This document shows, piece by piece, positions 13,225 to 28,582 of a DNA stretch of 64,000 bases. Numbering within the stretch: position 1 is the first letter of the stretch; the number at the start of each line of letters is the position of its first letter. The notes under the pieces are model-generated. The model was not told the DNA's origin, made no database searches, and saw only the letters and a program-made list of their open reading frames with translations. The position numbers and the translations under genes were made by a program. This DNA comes from the human T2T-CHM13v2.0 reference genome, Homo sapiens: NCBI RefSeq assembly GCF_009914755.1, contig NC_060937.1, one strand, 5' to 3'.

Positions 13225-16200
13225 TGATTTTTAGAACTTTTATTTTAGGTTCAGAGGTACATGTGCAGCTTTGTTATATAGGTAAACTTGTGTCATGGGA
13301 ATTCGTTGTATAGATTATTTCAGCACCCAGGTACTAAGCCTAGTACCCAGTAGTAATTTTTTCTGCTCCTATCCCTTCTTCCAGCCTCCACCCTCCAATT
13401 GTCCACAGTGTACGTTGTTCCCTTCTTTGCATTATGAATTCTTATCATTTAGTTCCCACTTATAAATGAGAACATATGATATTTGGTTTTCTATTCCTGT
13501 GCTAGTTAGCTAAGGATAATACTCTCCAGCTCCAACCATGTTCCTCATACTTTTTTATGGCTATCTAGTATTCCATGTTGTATATGTACCACATTTTCTT
13601 TATCCAATCTGTCATTGATGGGCATTTAGGTTGATTCCATGTCTTTGCCATTGTGAATGGTGCTGTGATGAATACATACATGCATGTGTCTTTATGGCAG
13701 AATGCTTTATATTCCTTTGGTATATACCCAGTAATGGAATTGCTGGATTGAATGGTAATTCTGCTTTTAGCTCTTTGAGGAATCTCCATAATGCTTTCCA
13801 CAATGGATGAACAGATTTACATTCCCACCAACAGTGTATAAGCATTCCCTTTTCTCCACAACCTCGCCAACATGTTATTTTTCGACTTTTTAATAATAGC
13901 CATTCTGACTGGTAAGAGATGGTATCTCATTGTGGTTTTGATTTGCATTTCTCTAATAATCAGTTATATTAAGCTTTTTTTCTTATGCTTGGTGGCCGCA
14001 TGTATGTCTTCTTTTGAAAAGTATCTGTTCATGTTCTTTGCCCACTTTTTAAAGAGGTTGTTTTTCTCTTGTAAATTTAAGTTTCTTATAGATGCTGGAT
14101 ATTAGAACTTTGTCACATGCATGGTTTGCAAAACTTTTCCTCCATTCTGTAGAGTGTCTGTTAACTCTGTGATAGTTTCTTTCACTGTGCAAGTAACTCT
14201 TTAGTTTAATAGATCCTGTTTGTCAATTTTTGCTTTTGTTGTGATGCTTTTGGCATCTTTGTCATGAAATCTTTGTCTGTTCCTATGTCCAGGGTGGTAT
14301 TGCCTACATTGTCTTCCAGGGATTTTATAGACTTGGGTTTTATATTTAAGTCTTTAATTCATCTTGAGTTGATTTACAGATATGGTGTAAGGAAAGGATC
14401 CAGTTTTGGTCTTCTGCATATGGCTAGCTAGTTAGCCCAGCACCATTTATTGAATAGTGAGTCTTTTCCATATCGCCTGTTTTTGTCAGCTTTGTCAAAG
14501 ATTGGATGATTGTAGGTGTGTGGCCTTATTTTGGGGCTCTCTATTCTTTTCCATTGGTCTATGTGTCTGTTTTTGTACCAGTATCCTGCTGTTTTGATTA
14601 CTGAAGCCCTGTAGTATAGTTTGAAGTCAGGTAGTATGATGCCTCAAGCTTTGTTCCTTTTGCTTCAGATTGCCTTAGTTACTCAGACTCTTTTTTGGTT
14701 CCATAAGAATTTTAAAATAGTATTTTCTAGTTCTGCGAAAAATGTTGTTGGTAGTTTGGTAGGAATAGCATTTAATCTATAAATTGTTTTGGGCAGTATG
14801 GCAATTTTAATGATATTGATTCTTTCTATCCATGAGCACAGGATATTTTTCCATTTGTTTGTGTCTTCTCTGATTTCTTTGAGCAGTGTTTTGTAATTCT
14901 CATTGTAGGGATCTTTACTCTCTCTGGTTAGCTGTATTCCTAGGTATTTTATTCTTTTTGTGACAATTGTGCATGGAAGTTCATTTGTGATTTGACTCTT
15001 GGCTTGACTCTTGTTAATGTATAGGAATGCCAGTGATTTTTGCACATTGATTTTGTAACCTGAGACTTTGCTGAAGTTGTTTATCAGCTTCAGAAACTTT
15101 TGGGCTGAGACTATGGGGTTTTCTAGATATATAGAATCACGTCATCTGAAAAAAGGGATAGTTTGACTTCCTCTTTTCCTATTTGAATGCACTTTATTTC
15201 TTTCTCTTGCCTAATTGCCCTGGCAAGAACTTCCAATACTATGTTGAATAGGAGTGGCAAGAGAGTGCATCCTTGTCCTGTGCCAGTTTTCAAGGGGAAT
15301 GCTTCCAGCTTTTTCCTATTCAGTATGATGTTGGCTGTGGGTTTGTCTTATATGGCTGTTACTATTTTGAGGTATTTTTCCTTCAGTACCTAGTTTATTG
15401 AGTGCTTTAAACATGAATGGATGTTGAATTTTATTGAAAGCCTTTTCTGCATCTATTGAGATAATCATGTGGTTTTTGTCTCTAGTTCTGTTTATATGAG
15501 GAATCACATTTATTGATTGGTGTATGTTGAGACAACCTTGCATCCTGAGGCTGAAGCCCACTGGATTTTGGTGGATTAGCTTTTTGATATGCTGCTGGAT
15601 TCAGTTTGCCAGTATTTTGTTGAAGATTTTTCCATGAATGTTCACCAAGAATATTGGCCTGAAGTTTTCTGTTTTGTTATGTCTCTGGCAAGTTTTGATA
15701 TCAGAATGATAGTGGCCTCATAGGATGAGTTAGGGAAGCGTCCTCTCCTCCTCCTCAATTGTTTGGCATAATTTTAGTAGGAATGGTACCAGCTCTTCTT
15801 TGTACATCTGGTAGAATTCATCTGTGAATCCTTCTGGTCCTAGGCTTTTTTTTGACTGGTAGACTATTTATTACTTATTCAATTTCAGTGTTCATTATTG
15901 GTCTGTTCAGGAAATCAATAGTTTTCTTTGTTCAGTTTTGGGAGAATGTTTGTGTCCAGGAATTTATCCATCTCTTCTAGGTTTTCTAGTCTGTGTGCAT
16001 AGAGGTGTTTGTAGTAGTTTCTGATGGTTATTTTTATTTCTATGGGGTCGGTGGTAGCATCCCCTTCATAATTTCTAATTGTGTTTATTTGGCTCCTTTC
16101 TCTCTTCTTCTTTATTAGTCTAGCTAGTGACCTATCTATCTTATTAACTTTTTCAAACAAACAACTCCTGGATTCATTGATCTTTAAGTCATTTTTTTTG

Positions 16201-17390
16201 TGTGTCTCAATTTCCTTCAGTTCAGCTCTGAGTTTGCTTATTTCTTGGCTTCTGCTAGCTTTGGGATTGATTTGTTCTTACTTCTCTAATTCTTTCAGTT
16301 GTGATGTTAAGTTGCTAATTAGAGATCTTTCTAACTTTTTGATGTTGGCATTTAGTGCTATACATTTTCCTCTTAACAATGCCTTACTTGTGTCCTAGAG
16401 ATTCTGGTATGTTGTATCTTTCTTCTCATTAGTTTCAAAGAACGTCTTGATTTCTGCCATAATTTCATTATTTACTCAAATGTCATTCAAAACATTTGCT
16501 TAATTTCTATGTAATTGCATGGTTTGATTTTCTTAATCTTGACTTCTATTTTTATTGTGTTATGATCCAAGTGTGTGTTTGCTATGATTTCAGTTGGTTG
16601 ATTTTAGAGTATGTGCCATGTGGCAATGAGAAGAATGTATATTCTATTGGTTTGGGGTGGAGAGTTCTGTAGAGGTCTATCAGATTCATTTGGTTCAATG
16701 TTGAGTTCAGGTCCTAAATATCTTTGTAAATTTTCTGCCTTGATGATCTGTCTCATACTGTCAGTGAAGTGTTGAAGTTTCCCAATATTATTGTGTGGGA
16801 GTCTACATCTCTTTGTATGTCTCTAAGAACTTGCTTTATGAACCTTGGTGCTCCTGTGTTGGGTGTATATATATTTAGGATAGTTAGATCTTCTCGTTGA
16901 ATTGAGCCCTTCACCATTGTGTAATGCCTTTCTTTGTCTCTTTTGATCTTTGTTGATACAAAGTCTGTTTTGTCTGAAATTAAGATTGGAATTCCTGCTT
17001 TTTTATTATTTCCATTTGCTTGGTAGGTTTTCCTCTATCCCTTTATTTTGAGCCTATGGGTGTCATTACATGTGAGTTGGGTCTCCTGAAGACAGCACAA
17101 CATTGCATCTTGCTTCTTTATCCAGCTTGCCATGCTGTACCTTTTAAGTGGAACATTTAGCCCATTTGCATCCAAGGTTAGTATTGACATGTGTGGATTT
17201 GATTACACCATTGTGTTGTTAGCTGGTTATTATGCTGGCTTATTCGTTTGGTTGCTTTAGTGTCACTGGTCTATATATTTAAGTTTTTGTGTTAGCTGCT
17301 AGTGGTCTTTCCTTTCTCTATTTAGTGCTCCTTTCAAGATCTCTTGTAAGGCAGGTATGGTGGTAATGAACTCCCTCATTATTTGCTTAT
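13225..17390 (-). mobile_element. 5'-truncated L1PA (about L1PA13-16) with 3'UTR, disrupted ORF2 and end of ORF1
   Basis: 3' end TTTTAGGTTCAGAGGTACATGTGCAG. ORF-track peptides 14683-15045 (KYLGIQLT...WKNILCSW), 15316-15561 ([13 protein letters not shown]) and 15915-16160 ([10 protein letters not shown]) are L1 ORF2p segments, with many stops and frameshifts. Confidence 0.95.
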
Positions 17391-17643
17391 AAAAAGAATA
17401 ACATTTTAATGGCAATTACACTTTTCTAGTTTATATAAGAGAATGAAATCTAACTTATATGAAGAAAAATAAAAGAAAATAAAAATAAAAAATTAATCCA
17501 AAAATACCTTTCAGACCAATTTTTTATAAATAGTAAACAAAATTCTGTTAGCAGGTAGAATCCAGCAATACTTTTAAACATTAATAAAACATGACAAAAT
17601 TGAGGTGAATTGAATAATGCAAGAATTTTTTGGAACTAGGGAA

Positions 17644-17984
17644 TATATTAGTCCATTGTCACACTACTATGAGGAAATACCTGAGACTGGGTAATTCATA
17701 AACAAAAGACTCACAATTCTGCATGACTGAGAAGGCCTCAGGAAACTTATAATCATGGCAAAAGGCATCTTTTCACAGGGTAGCAAGAGAGAGAATGATT
17801 GCTGAGCCAAGGAAGAAGCCCTTTATAAAATCATCAGATCTTAAGAGAACTCACTATCACAAGAACAGCATGGGGGAAACTGACCCGTGATGCAATTATC
17901 TTGACCCAGTCCCATCCTTGACACATGGGGATTATTATAATCCAAGGAGAGATTAGGGTGGGGACACAGAGCCAAAAGACATCA
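17644..17984 (-). mobile_element. MSTA-like MaLR solo LTR
   Basis: ATTAGTCC...CTGAGACTGGGTAAT...GGCCTCAGGAAACTT...GGGTGGGGACACAGAGCCAAA; perfect 5-bp TSD GGGAA. Confidence 0.9.
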
Positions 17985-18544
17985 GGGAATCTAGTAATAT
18001 AATTCATCATATTCATAGCCTTATAGTAAAAATTAAATGATCTTCATTCATACTGAAGTAGTATTCTAAAGTTCAAAATATTCTTTGTAAAAATGTGTGA
18101 TGATAAAATAGAAGTAGATATGTTTTTAATATAATATACAATAAGATTAAAAGCAACAGTTGCAAATTTAAATTAAACATTAAATACATCAGGAAAAGGC
18201 TAAATGTACTATTTAACCTTGTACAGAGTACTATTTAACACTGTTCTGGTCACTATCACTGCAGTCTGATGAGGGGAAAAATTAGAAGCATACAGTTATA
18301 AAAAAGAGGTAGAATTATTATTATTATAAGACAACATAATTTCATTACTGAAAAGCAGAAAAACAAATTATGATAAGTAGAAATCAGTAAATGGGCTAAG
18401 TGAAAACAATAATATTCAGAAATTAATAGCCTTCATTAACACAAAAAAACTTCTTGAAGACAAAAGTCAAGTTAAGGTCCTATTTAAAATAGCAAACAAC
18501 AACAAAACCAAGGAATGAACTTAAAAATAGTGAAGAAAACTTAA

Positions 18545-18884
<340 letters not shown>

Positions 18885-20917
18885 AGAAAAATTTTAATGT
18901 TTTGAACAGATACAACAGGGTAAATATTCCTAACATGTAAAAAGTGCTGATAAATCAATAAAAATACCAACATCCCCATAGAAACATGGATAAGGGCTGA
19001 AAATCTAGAGAGAGTTTTTGAAAAAGGGAGACACATTATTCTTTAACATAGGAAAACTTCAATTTTCCTTGTTACATAAGAAATGTAAAATGAAACCATA
19101 GTGAGATACCAGGGTTTTTTTTGATGTTCAAATTAGTAAGCTTTTGAAGTTTGATGTATTTTTCCCAAAATTTGGAAATACTCTTTATAAATGATATTCA
19201 CTTAAACTATATTGTTTTTAGTAATCAAAACCCAGGAACTTGCCCATTAGAGTCTAAAGAACTTTCTTGTTTGTTTTACTGCTATATAATAAATCATTGT
19301 ATGAATTTCAAAACATTTAATTTAATGTATCTTGTCACATTGAAAGAAAGTAGTCATTGATTCTTATTTCATTGAGTTTTTCTTTAAAGAAAAATTGTTG
19401 GAAAATTGGTCAAATGCTTGTATATTTGATTTCTATTTTTTGATATCCTGTATTGAAATCATCTTGCTTTTGAAAGAGATGTTGATAGAAATCTTGTTTT
19501 GGCCAGGTGCTTTGTATTAAGGTAAAACATTGACAATTGCTCATATAAAATGAAGCTGGTTAGATTTTCTATCATTACTAGGATTATTTTAGAAACTCAA
19601 ATTTTTCCAATAATGTATTATGTATTTATTTCATCCAGTATAAACATATATTAGTAACATATTAAGAAAATTATTCTACTATGATTTTTTAAACTTATTC
19701 TAGGGATTTCCTGCTATCCTATTTTTTTCTTTCTTCAGCGCTTAATAGTTTAAACCTGATTTTTTAAAATTAAATTATGTAGAAATGCTATGTTTTGTGA
19801 ATGAATTTTTCAAAAATTCAGCTTTTAGATTTATTTATTCTTCCCATTTATTCTGCATTAGAAAATAGAGATAATTCACTAGATAACTCACTAAATTTTA
19901 TCAATATCTATTCTTGCATTCTCATCTCCTTTCCTTTATTTTATTGCTCATTCTCCAAAATTTTGAGTCAAATATATAATTTGTTAATGTTACGTATATT
20001 TTTGTTATATAAAATGTTATGTAAAATATATGTATATTATAATTGTGTGTGTATATATAATATATATAGGCATTTTCATACGAACTTTTCAAAGAATACT
20101 TGTGCTATTTCACAAAGGTCTCCATATTAATGGTAATTTTATTATTAAGTTAAACAACTCTCATACCACAATATTTTTTTCTTTTTAAAATTTTCTCACA
20201 GAATTATTTTCTGATTTTATTATTATTTTTTCACACCGGAGAATAATGTCAGTACTACTTCTATTTTACAAGAGTTTGTGGTTTTCTTTTAGTTAAGTTT
20301 ATAGTGAATGTTATTTTGGCCAAAGAAAATCACAAGAACAGTCTAGATTTCAGCTGTGAAAATAATATATTGCAAATATTTTGTCCACTTTTTGGCTGTG
20401 TCAATTAGGAGGATAAATCTTGTTTTCATTACTCCATTTTTGCCAGAAGTGGAAGCCTCATCAGAATGCTTCAATTTAAGAGAATTAGCTAATTGATTAC
20501 AGTATCTCCAGCAAGAAAAAAATAAATCAACATGCTACTAAAATAAAGTTGATAAATGTAACAGCAAAATGTTTAAATCTGGAGACCAAAAACCTGGATC
20601 TTGATGTAAGTTACAATTTTGTAGAGTCATAGCTTCTAATCGTTACCAGATTGATTCTCAGAACAGAGCTCCTGATTGAAATGTAGGCCACATCCCCTTG
20701 TGAAAGAATCATGTGACACAGCCAAAGTACACTTTATAAATACTCTTTTAAGCATTGCTCAAAAGAGGTGTGGATTCAGTTAGTCAGCTTACTGTGCTGT
20801 GGGGAAGGGAACTATCTGGGCATTCCAGGGACACGAGACACTGGCTGTAGGTGCACTGGCTCCAGGTAAACAAAGGCACCCCTGTGGTATGACAGTCACA
20901 GTGGAGCACAAAGGTGG

Positions 20918-21290
20918 TGTATTAGTCCATTTTCATACTGCTGTAAAAACTGTCTGAGACTGGGTAATTTATAAAGGAAAAAGGCTTCATTGCCTCACAG
21001 TTCAGCATTGCTGGGGAGGCCTCAGGAAACTTACAATCATGGCAGAAGATGAAGGGGAAGCAAGGCACCTTCCTCACAAGGTGGCAGGGAGAAGTGCCGA
21101 GCGAAGGGGGAAGAGCCTCTAATAAACCATCAGATCTCATGAGCACTCACTCACTATCATGAGAACAGCATGGGGGAACCACTCCCATGATTCAATTACC
21201 TCCACCTGGTCTCTCCCTTGACACCTGGGAATTTTGGGGATCACAATTCAAGATAAGATTTGGGTGGGCACACAAAGCCTAATCACACCA
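20918..21290 (-). mobile_element. MSTA MaLR solo LTR inserted in the ERVL internal region
   Basis: TGTATTAGTCCATTTTCATACTGCT...GGGGAGGCCTCAGGAAACTTACAATCATGGCAGAAG; TSD GGTGG/GGTCG. Confidence 0.92.
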
Positions 21291-22034
21291 GGTCGTCAGG
21301 TGATGAATGGAGTTTTGGCAGAGGTTTGGATCACAGTGGTTATTTCCTCAGTTCCTAAATATAATTTGAGTAGCTGTACTTGGTAACTGACAGAACCCCT
21401 GTACTGACTCTCTGAACCAAGGAGTGAAGACTGTCACAGTAGGGAGAGAACAGTCAACGGCATGAAATGACTCTGCTCTAAGTATTGTACACAGAGAGCA
21501 GTACTGTGGCTCTGGACAAACCACAGAGACTGTGACCACAGTGAAGGGTTAAAAATGCAAGAGAATGGTGATTCATCTCAGAATTCTATTTAATTTTCCT
21601 GCTTTCCTTTGCAGTAAATAATGATCTTAGAGATTCTAACTGCACATATAATTAAAGTAACCAGAGATTATTCCAATATTAGTTGTTGTTTCAGATGTGG
21701 TATCTTAATGGAGAAAATCAGCATAGGTCCTTAACCTTGCATTTAATCTGGAAAATATTCATCTTCCCCCTGACTAATTTACAAGAACCCACAGAAACAG
21801 CCCTAGGCTAGGCTGTAAAAGTTTTCACTACAGAGTATTTCACTGCTCTACTTCATTAATGATGTCACGTTAATTGAACCTGGTGAGCAGGAAGTAAAGA
21901 AGGCTTAAAATGCCTTAGCAGAAAATATAAATGCCAATGTCGAGGTGGGGATAAACCCTGTGAAAATTCAAAAGCCCAGCAGCTTGTAGAAATGTGAGTA
22001 TCCAGGCATCTGAGGTATATTTAATCTACCCCTC

Positions 22035-22405
22035 TGTCTTAGTCCATTTGGGGTGCTATAACAAAATACTGTAAACTGAGAAGCTTACCAACAATAGAAA
22101 TTTATTTCTCCAAGTTCTGGAGGCTGGGAAGTCCAAGATAAAGACACTGGCAGCATCAGCACCTGATTAGGGCTTGGTTTCCGATTCATAGGTGGCATTG
22201 TCTTACTGTGTTTTTACATAGCAAAAAAGACAACGGCATGCTCCCTTGGGCCTCTTTTATAAGGACACTAATTCCATTTATGAAGGTTATGCCCTCATGA
22301 CCTAATCAATTCCCAAAGACTCATCTCCCAGTACATCACACTGGGGGTTAAGATTTCAACATATGCATTTTGGGGGTGGAGGACACAAACATTCAGATAA
22401 TAGCA
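22035..22405 (-). mobile_element. MLT1A0-like MaLR solo LTR inserted in the ERVL internal region
   Basis: TGTCTTAGTCCATTTG...AGTTCTGGAGGCTGGGAAGTCCAAGAT...CACAAACATTCAGA..ATAGCA; perfect TSD CCCTC. Confidence 0.92.
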
Positions 22406-23846
22406 CCCTCCAAAGTGGAAGATAAGGTACTGCATGTTGTATCTCCTGTTACTAAAATATAGCACAGTATAGGTAGATTTTTTAAAAAATTGTAGACAAC
22501 ATATAACATGTTCTGGGAGCCCACCCAATCAATTTGCCATTTATCTCCTTAGGCTGCAATTTTGAGTGAGACATAGAACAAGAAAAGGCTCTGCATTAGG
22601 CCCAGGTTGGTAAACCTTCTTTTATATCTGGGCCTTGAAACCCACAATATCCCATGGTAACCAAAGCACTTATGGCAAATGGGATTCTCTTCAGAGCCTC
22701 CAGCAAACTCCAATAGGATAGGATCATACCAGTACAGACCCCTAGATGTTTGGCAAAACAGTCATCTCCTTTTTTGCATATACCCATGTTCCTGAGTTCT
22801 ACTAGAGGTTCAGTGCAAGTCCCATAGGACTTTAAGTAACTGTTGCCTATCATGAGAGGATGATACCATGAGACTGGGTATACTCAACAGCAATCCATCA
22901 TCATGTGGAAATAATATTAAGGAGACCAGGCTTGAGCAGATCTAGGAGGTCCAAATTAGTGTGCATGAACTTTTGGCTTGAATGTGTTTCTCCTCGCTTT
23001 CAATCTAGCCATGTGGCCTTCTGTGGATTTCCATGTGAGCATCTGACTGAGGAATAAAAATGTGCGCCTTTGCAGAACAGTGAACACTCAATGTGATGTA
23101 GAGTGCTGCACATTATAGCCCTCTCAATAATGTACCTGAAAAGTAATGGTGAGGACAAATCTTCCCAGTGGGCAGAATTTCTAGCTGCATAGTTAATTGT
23201 TCATTTTCTGTGGATTGAAAAGTGGCAAGAGTTATAACTCCATATTGATTCGTGGTCAATGGCTATTGGCTGAATAGTTAGGAATTTAGGAAGAACGAAA
23301 TTTCATGACTGCCATGAGGAAATATGGGAAAGGTGTATGTCAATGGACCTGCCAGATGAAGTACAGAGTGGGAAGACTGTTCATCAAAGGGCATTTGTCT
23401 ACTCAGGTGTAAAAAAAAAAAAAAAATGCCCAGGAGCTCTCACCCAGCTTCTGTCCCCAGCCACCCAGTATGTAACCAATGGGCCAAAGTACAAAATGTC
23501 TATGATGGCAGAAATGGGTACTATTTATAGACTCCATACATTGACTCACCTTCACTGAGGCTGCTCTGAAGACCGCCACTGTTCTGTTCAATAGTTAATG
23601 GGCCCACAGCAGAGACAAATTTTTTTGGTCCCCAGTATAACCTCATGTCTAGAAGGGCTAGCCACTCATTTTTTAGCAAGTTGATTATATTGGACTTTCC
23701 AGCAATTAGAAGGTAGCATTTTGTCCTCATTGGAATAAACTTGTATTGTGGAGATGGGTTAACTTTCCCTATATTTAATGCTTATGCCAAGACCAACATC
23801 TAGTGGATGTACAAAAGGCCTTATTAATTGCCCTGGTATAGCATCA

Positions 23847-23910
23847 AGCATCTTGTCTTATTGCTCCAGCATCTTGTCTTATTGCTCTAAGATCTTGTCT
23901 TATTGCTCTA
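23847..23910. repeat. 3 x 21-bp tandem repeat at the ERVL/L1 junction
   Basis: Core ATCTTGTCTTATTGCTC occurs three times at 21-bp spacing. Confidence 0.95.
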
Positions 23911-26900
23911 CTAGGGACTTTCAGTACTATGTAGACTAACAGTGGTGACTACAGGCATCATTGTCATGTTTTAGATCCTAGAAAGGCTTTCAGATTTTAA
24001 CTATTCAGTATGATACTCACTGTGGGTCTGTCATATACAGCTTTTATTATGTTGAGGTGTGTTTCTTCTATATCCAGTTGTTTTAGGATATTTTATCATG
24101 AAGGAATGTTGAATTTTATCAAATGCTTTTTCAGCATCAATTGAAATGATCATTCAGTTTTTGCCCTTCATTCTGTTGATATAATGTATCACATCGATTG
24201 ATTTACACCATACTTGCATAAGTGAGATAAATCCTACTTGGTCATGATGAAGGATCTTTCTAATGTATTGTTGAATTCAGTTTGCTATTATTTTGTTGAG
24301 AATTTTTGCGTCAATATTTATTATAGATATTGGCATGTAGTTTTCTTTTGTTTTTGATGTGCCTTTGTCTGGTTTTGTTATCAGGGTAATACTGGCCTCA
24401 TAGAATGAGTTTGGAAACACTCCCTCCTCACATTTTTCAGAAGAGTTGCAGTAGGATTGGTATTAGCACTTCTTCAAATGTGTGCTAGAATTCAGCAGTA
24501 AAACCATCAGGTTCTTGGATTTTCTTTACTGGGAGCCTTTTTATTACAGTTTTGATCATCTTAGTTATTACTGGTCTGTTTAGGTTTTAAATTTCTTCAT
24601 GGTTCCATTGTGATAGGTTGTATGCATCTAGCAATTTATCCATTTATTCTAGATTTTCTAACTTATTGGCATATAGTTACTCATATTAGCCACTAATGAT
24701 CCCTTGAATTTCTGTGGTATCAGTTGTGATCTCTCTTTTTCATCTCCGATTTTGTTTATTTGGGCCTTATCTCTTTTCTTCATAGTTTCTCTAGCTAGAA
24801 GCCGTCAATATTGTTTAACTTTTCAAAACACAAACTTTTTGTTTTGTTGATCTTTAGTATTATTTATTTGTTTCACTTTTATTTATTTTTGCCCTGATCT
24901 TTATTATTTCTTTTCTTCTACTAACTTTAGATTTGGTTTTTTCTTGTTTTTCTAGTTCTTTAAGATGCATCATTACGTTGTTTATATGAAGTTTTTCTTC
25001 TTTTCTGATGTAGGCTCTTACCATAATAAATTTCCCTTTTAGTACTTTTTTGCTGTTTCCCTCCCTTAGGTTTTGTTATGTTGTGTTTCCATTTTCATTT
25101 GTTTCAAGAAATTTTTCAATTTTCTTCTTAATTTTTTCATTGATCCACTGGCCATTCAAGAGCATATTGTTTAATTTCCATGTGTTTGTATAGTTTCCAA
25201 ATTTCCTCTTCTTATTGATTTCAAGTTTTATCCCATGTGGTCATAGAAAATGCTTGATATTATTTCAAATGTTTTACAACTTGTTTTGCAACCTAAAATA
25301 TGGTCTATCCTTGAGAATGACTATGTTCTGATGAAAATAATGTGTATTCTGCAGTAGTTGGATGAAATATTCTGTAAACATCTGCTAGATCCATTTGGTC
25401 TATAGTACAGATTAAGTCTGATGTTTCTTTGTTGATTTTCTGTCTGGATGATCTATCCAATGCTAAAAGTGTGGTGTTAAACTCACAAGATATTATTGTA
25501 TTGAGGTCTATCTATCTGTTTAGCTTTAGTGTTGGGTGCACATATATTTATAATTGTTATTTCATTTTGCTGAATTGATTCCATTAATATATAGTGACCT
25601 AATTCATCTCTTATGGTTTTTTGTCTTGAAATCTACTCTGTCTGCTATATGTATACCCACTCCTGGCCTGTTTGGTTTCACTGGAATAGAATATCTTTTT
25701 TCATCCCTTTGTTTTCAACCTGTTTGTCTTTATAGGTGAAGTGTATTTCTTATAGGCAATAGATTACTGGATCTTGCTCTTTATCATTCAGCTACTCTGC
25801 ATCTTTTGATTGAGGAATTTAGCTCATTTACTTTCAAAGTTATTTTTAAGTAAGGACTTACTTCTGTCATTTTGTTATTTGTTTTCTGGTTGTTTTGTGG
25901 TCTTCTCTTACATTTTTCTTCCTTCCTGTCTTCCTTCCTGTAAGCGAAGCTGCTGTTCTCTGGTGGTATGATTTAATTTCTAACTGTATTTTTTGTGTGT
26001 AAGTGTTTCTGGGTTTGACCTTACCATGAAACTTGCAAATACTGTCTCATAACCCATTATCTTAAGCTGATAACAACACTGTTTGTATAAAGATACAAAC
26101 AAGCAAAAAGAAAAGAAATAAAAAACTATGCACCTTGACTTCTTCTCCTTCTTGTTAACCTTTTGTTGTTTCTATTTATACCTTACTGTATATGTCTTGA
26201 ACAGTTGTTGTAGTTGTTATTTTTGATTGGATCATCTTTTAATTTTTCTATGTAAGATAAGTTATAACAATCTGTGATTTTCTGCGTACTTACTATTATC
26301 AGTGAGTTTTGTACCTTCAGATGATTTCTCATTGCTCATTAACGTTCTTTTCTTTCTTATTAAAATACTCCCTTTAGCATTTCTTATAGGACAGGTACAG
26401 TGTTGACAAAATCACTCAGCTTTTGTTTGTCTGGGAAAGTATTTCCTCATGTTTGAAATATATTTTTATTAAATATACTATTCTAGGTAAAAGTTACTTT
26501 CCTTCCACATGTTAAATATGTCATTCCATTCTCTCCTGACTTACAAGGTTTCCACTAAGAAGTGTGCTGCCAGACATATTGGAGTTTCTTTGTTTGTTAT
26601 TTGTTTATCTTCTCTTGCTGCTTTTAGAATCTTTTATCTTTGACCTTCTGGGGTTGGATTATTAAATGTCTTAAGATAGTCTTATTTGGGTTAAATCTGC
26701 TTGGGGTTCTATAGCTTTCTTGTACTTGAAATTTGATATATTTCTCTAATATGGAGAGTTCTCTGTTATTATCTTTTTGAATAAATTTCCTACCCCACAC
26801 TCTTTCTCTACCTCCTCTATAAGACCAATAACTTAGATTTGCCCTTTTGAGGCTATTTTCTAGATCTTGTAGATGTGTTTCATTATTTTTTATTCTTTTT

Positions 26901-27293
26901 TCTTTTGTCTCCTCTGACTGTGTACTTTCAAATAGCTATCTTCAAGCTCACTAATTCTTTCTTCTGCTTGATTGATTCTGCAATTAAGAGATGGATTCCT
27001 TCTTTAGTATGTCAATTGTATGTTTCAACTCCAGAATTTTTGCTTGACTCTTTTTAATAATTCCTTTCTTCAATTTGTCTGATAGAATTCTGAATTTCTC
27101 CTCTGTGATATCTTGAAATTCTTTGAGTTTCCTCAAAACAGTTATTTTGAATTTACTGTCTGAAAGGTTACACGTTTCTGTTTCTGAAGGATTGGCCCCT
27201 GGTGATATATTTAGTTTGCTTCGTGAGGTCATGCTTTTCTGGATGGTCTTGATGCTTGTGAATGTTGTTGGTGCCTGGGCATTGGAAGTTAGG

Positions 27294-27594
27294 GTTTTAT
27301 TCTATTTTATTTTATTTTTAGACAAGTTCTGCTTTGTCACCCAGGCTGGAATGCAATGGTGTGATCATGGCTCACTCTAGCCTCGACCTCCTGGGCTTTA
27401 GCAATCCTTTCACCTCAGCCTCCTGAGTAGCTGGCACTGCAGGCATACACCAACATGCCCAGCTAACTTTTGTATTTTTTGTAAAGACAGGGTTTGCCAT
27501 CTTGTCCAGCCTGGTCTCAAATTCTTGAGCTCAAGCAATCTGCCCACTTCAGCCTCCCAAACTGCTGGGATTACAGGCATGAGTCACCACACCT
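27294..27594 (-). mobile_element. AluJ
   Basis: GTGATCATGGCTCACTCTAGCCTCGACCTCCTGGGCT and GAGCTCAAGCAATC are J-type motifs. Confidence 0.92.
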
Positions 27595-28168
27595 TATTTT
27601 AGTCTTTGTATTCTGGACTTATTTGTACCTATCATTCTTCAGATGGCTTCTAGGGTATTTCAAAGAACTTGTGTGTTGTGATCTAAGCAATATCTGCATC
27701 AGGGGACATCCCAAGCCCAGTAACACTGTGGTTCTTGCAGATCCATAGATATACCACCTTGGTGGTTGATATGGTTTGGCTGTATCCCCACCCAAATCTC
27801 ATCTTGAATTGTAGCACTCACAATTCTCACATGTTGTGGGAGGGACCTGGTGGGAGGTAATTGAATCATGGGAACTGGTCTTTCCTGTGCTATTCTTGTG
27901 ATAGTGAATAAGTATCAGGAAATCTGATGGTTTTATAAAGTGGAGTTTCCCTACACAACTTCTCTTGTCTGTCATCCTGTAAGACTTTCTTTGCTCTTCC
28001 ACCGTGATTGTGAAGCCTCCTCAGCCATGTGGAACTGTGAGTCATTAAACCTCTTTCTTTTGTAAATTCCCCAATCTTGGGTGTGTCTTTATCAGCAGGG
28101 TGAAAATGGACTACTAAAGTAAATTGGTACTGGTAGAGTGGGGTGCTGCTGTAAAGATATCCAAAAAT

Positions 28169-28582
<414 letters not shown>

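Larger units (their letters stand above)
20600..23848 (+). mobile_element. Degenerate ERVL-class internal region (pro/pol/RNase H/integrase remnant)
   Basis: HERV-L-like motifs GTCAGGTGATGAATGGAGTTTTGGC, TTTCAGATGTGGTATC, ATCTTCCCAGTGGGCAGAA, CAAGTTGATTATATTGGAC and TTTGTCCTCATTGGAATA; no intact ORF and no flanking LTR recognised. Confidence 0.75.

Noticed and set aside
13565-16398. ORFs with reverse-transcriptase or endonuclease-like peptides
   Set aside because: Fragments of a dead L1 ORF2 broken by stops and frameshifts; not a gene or a novel RT system.
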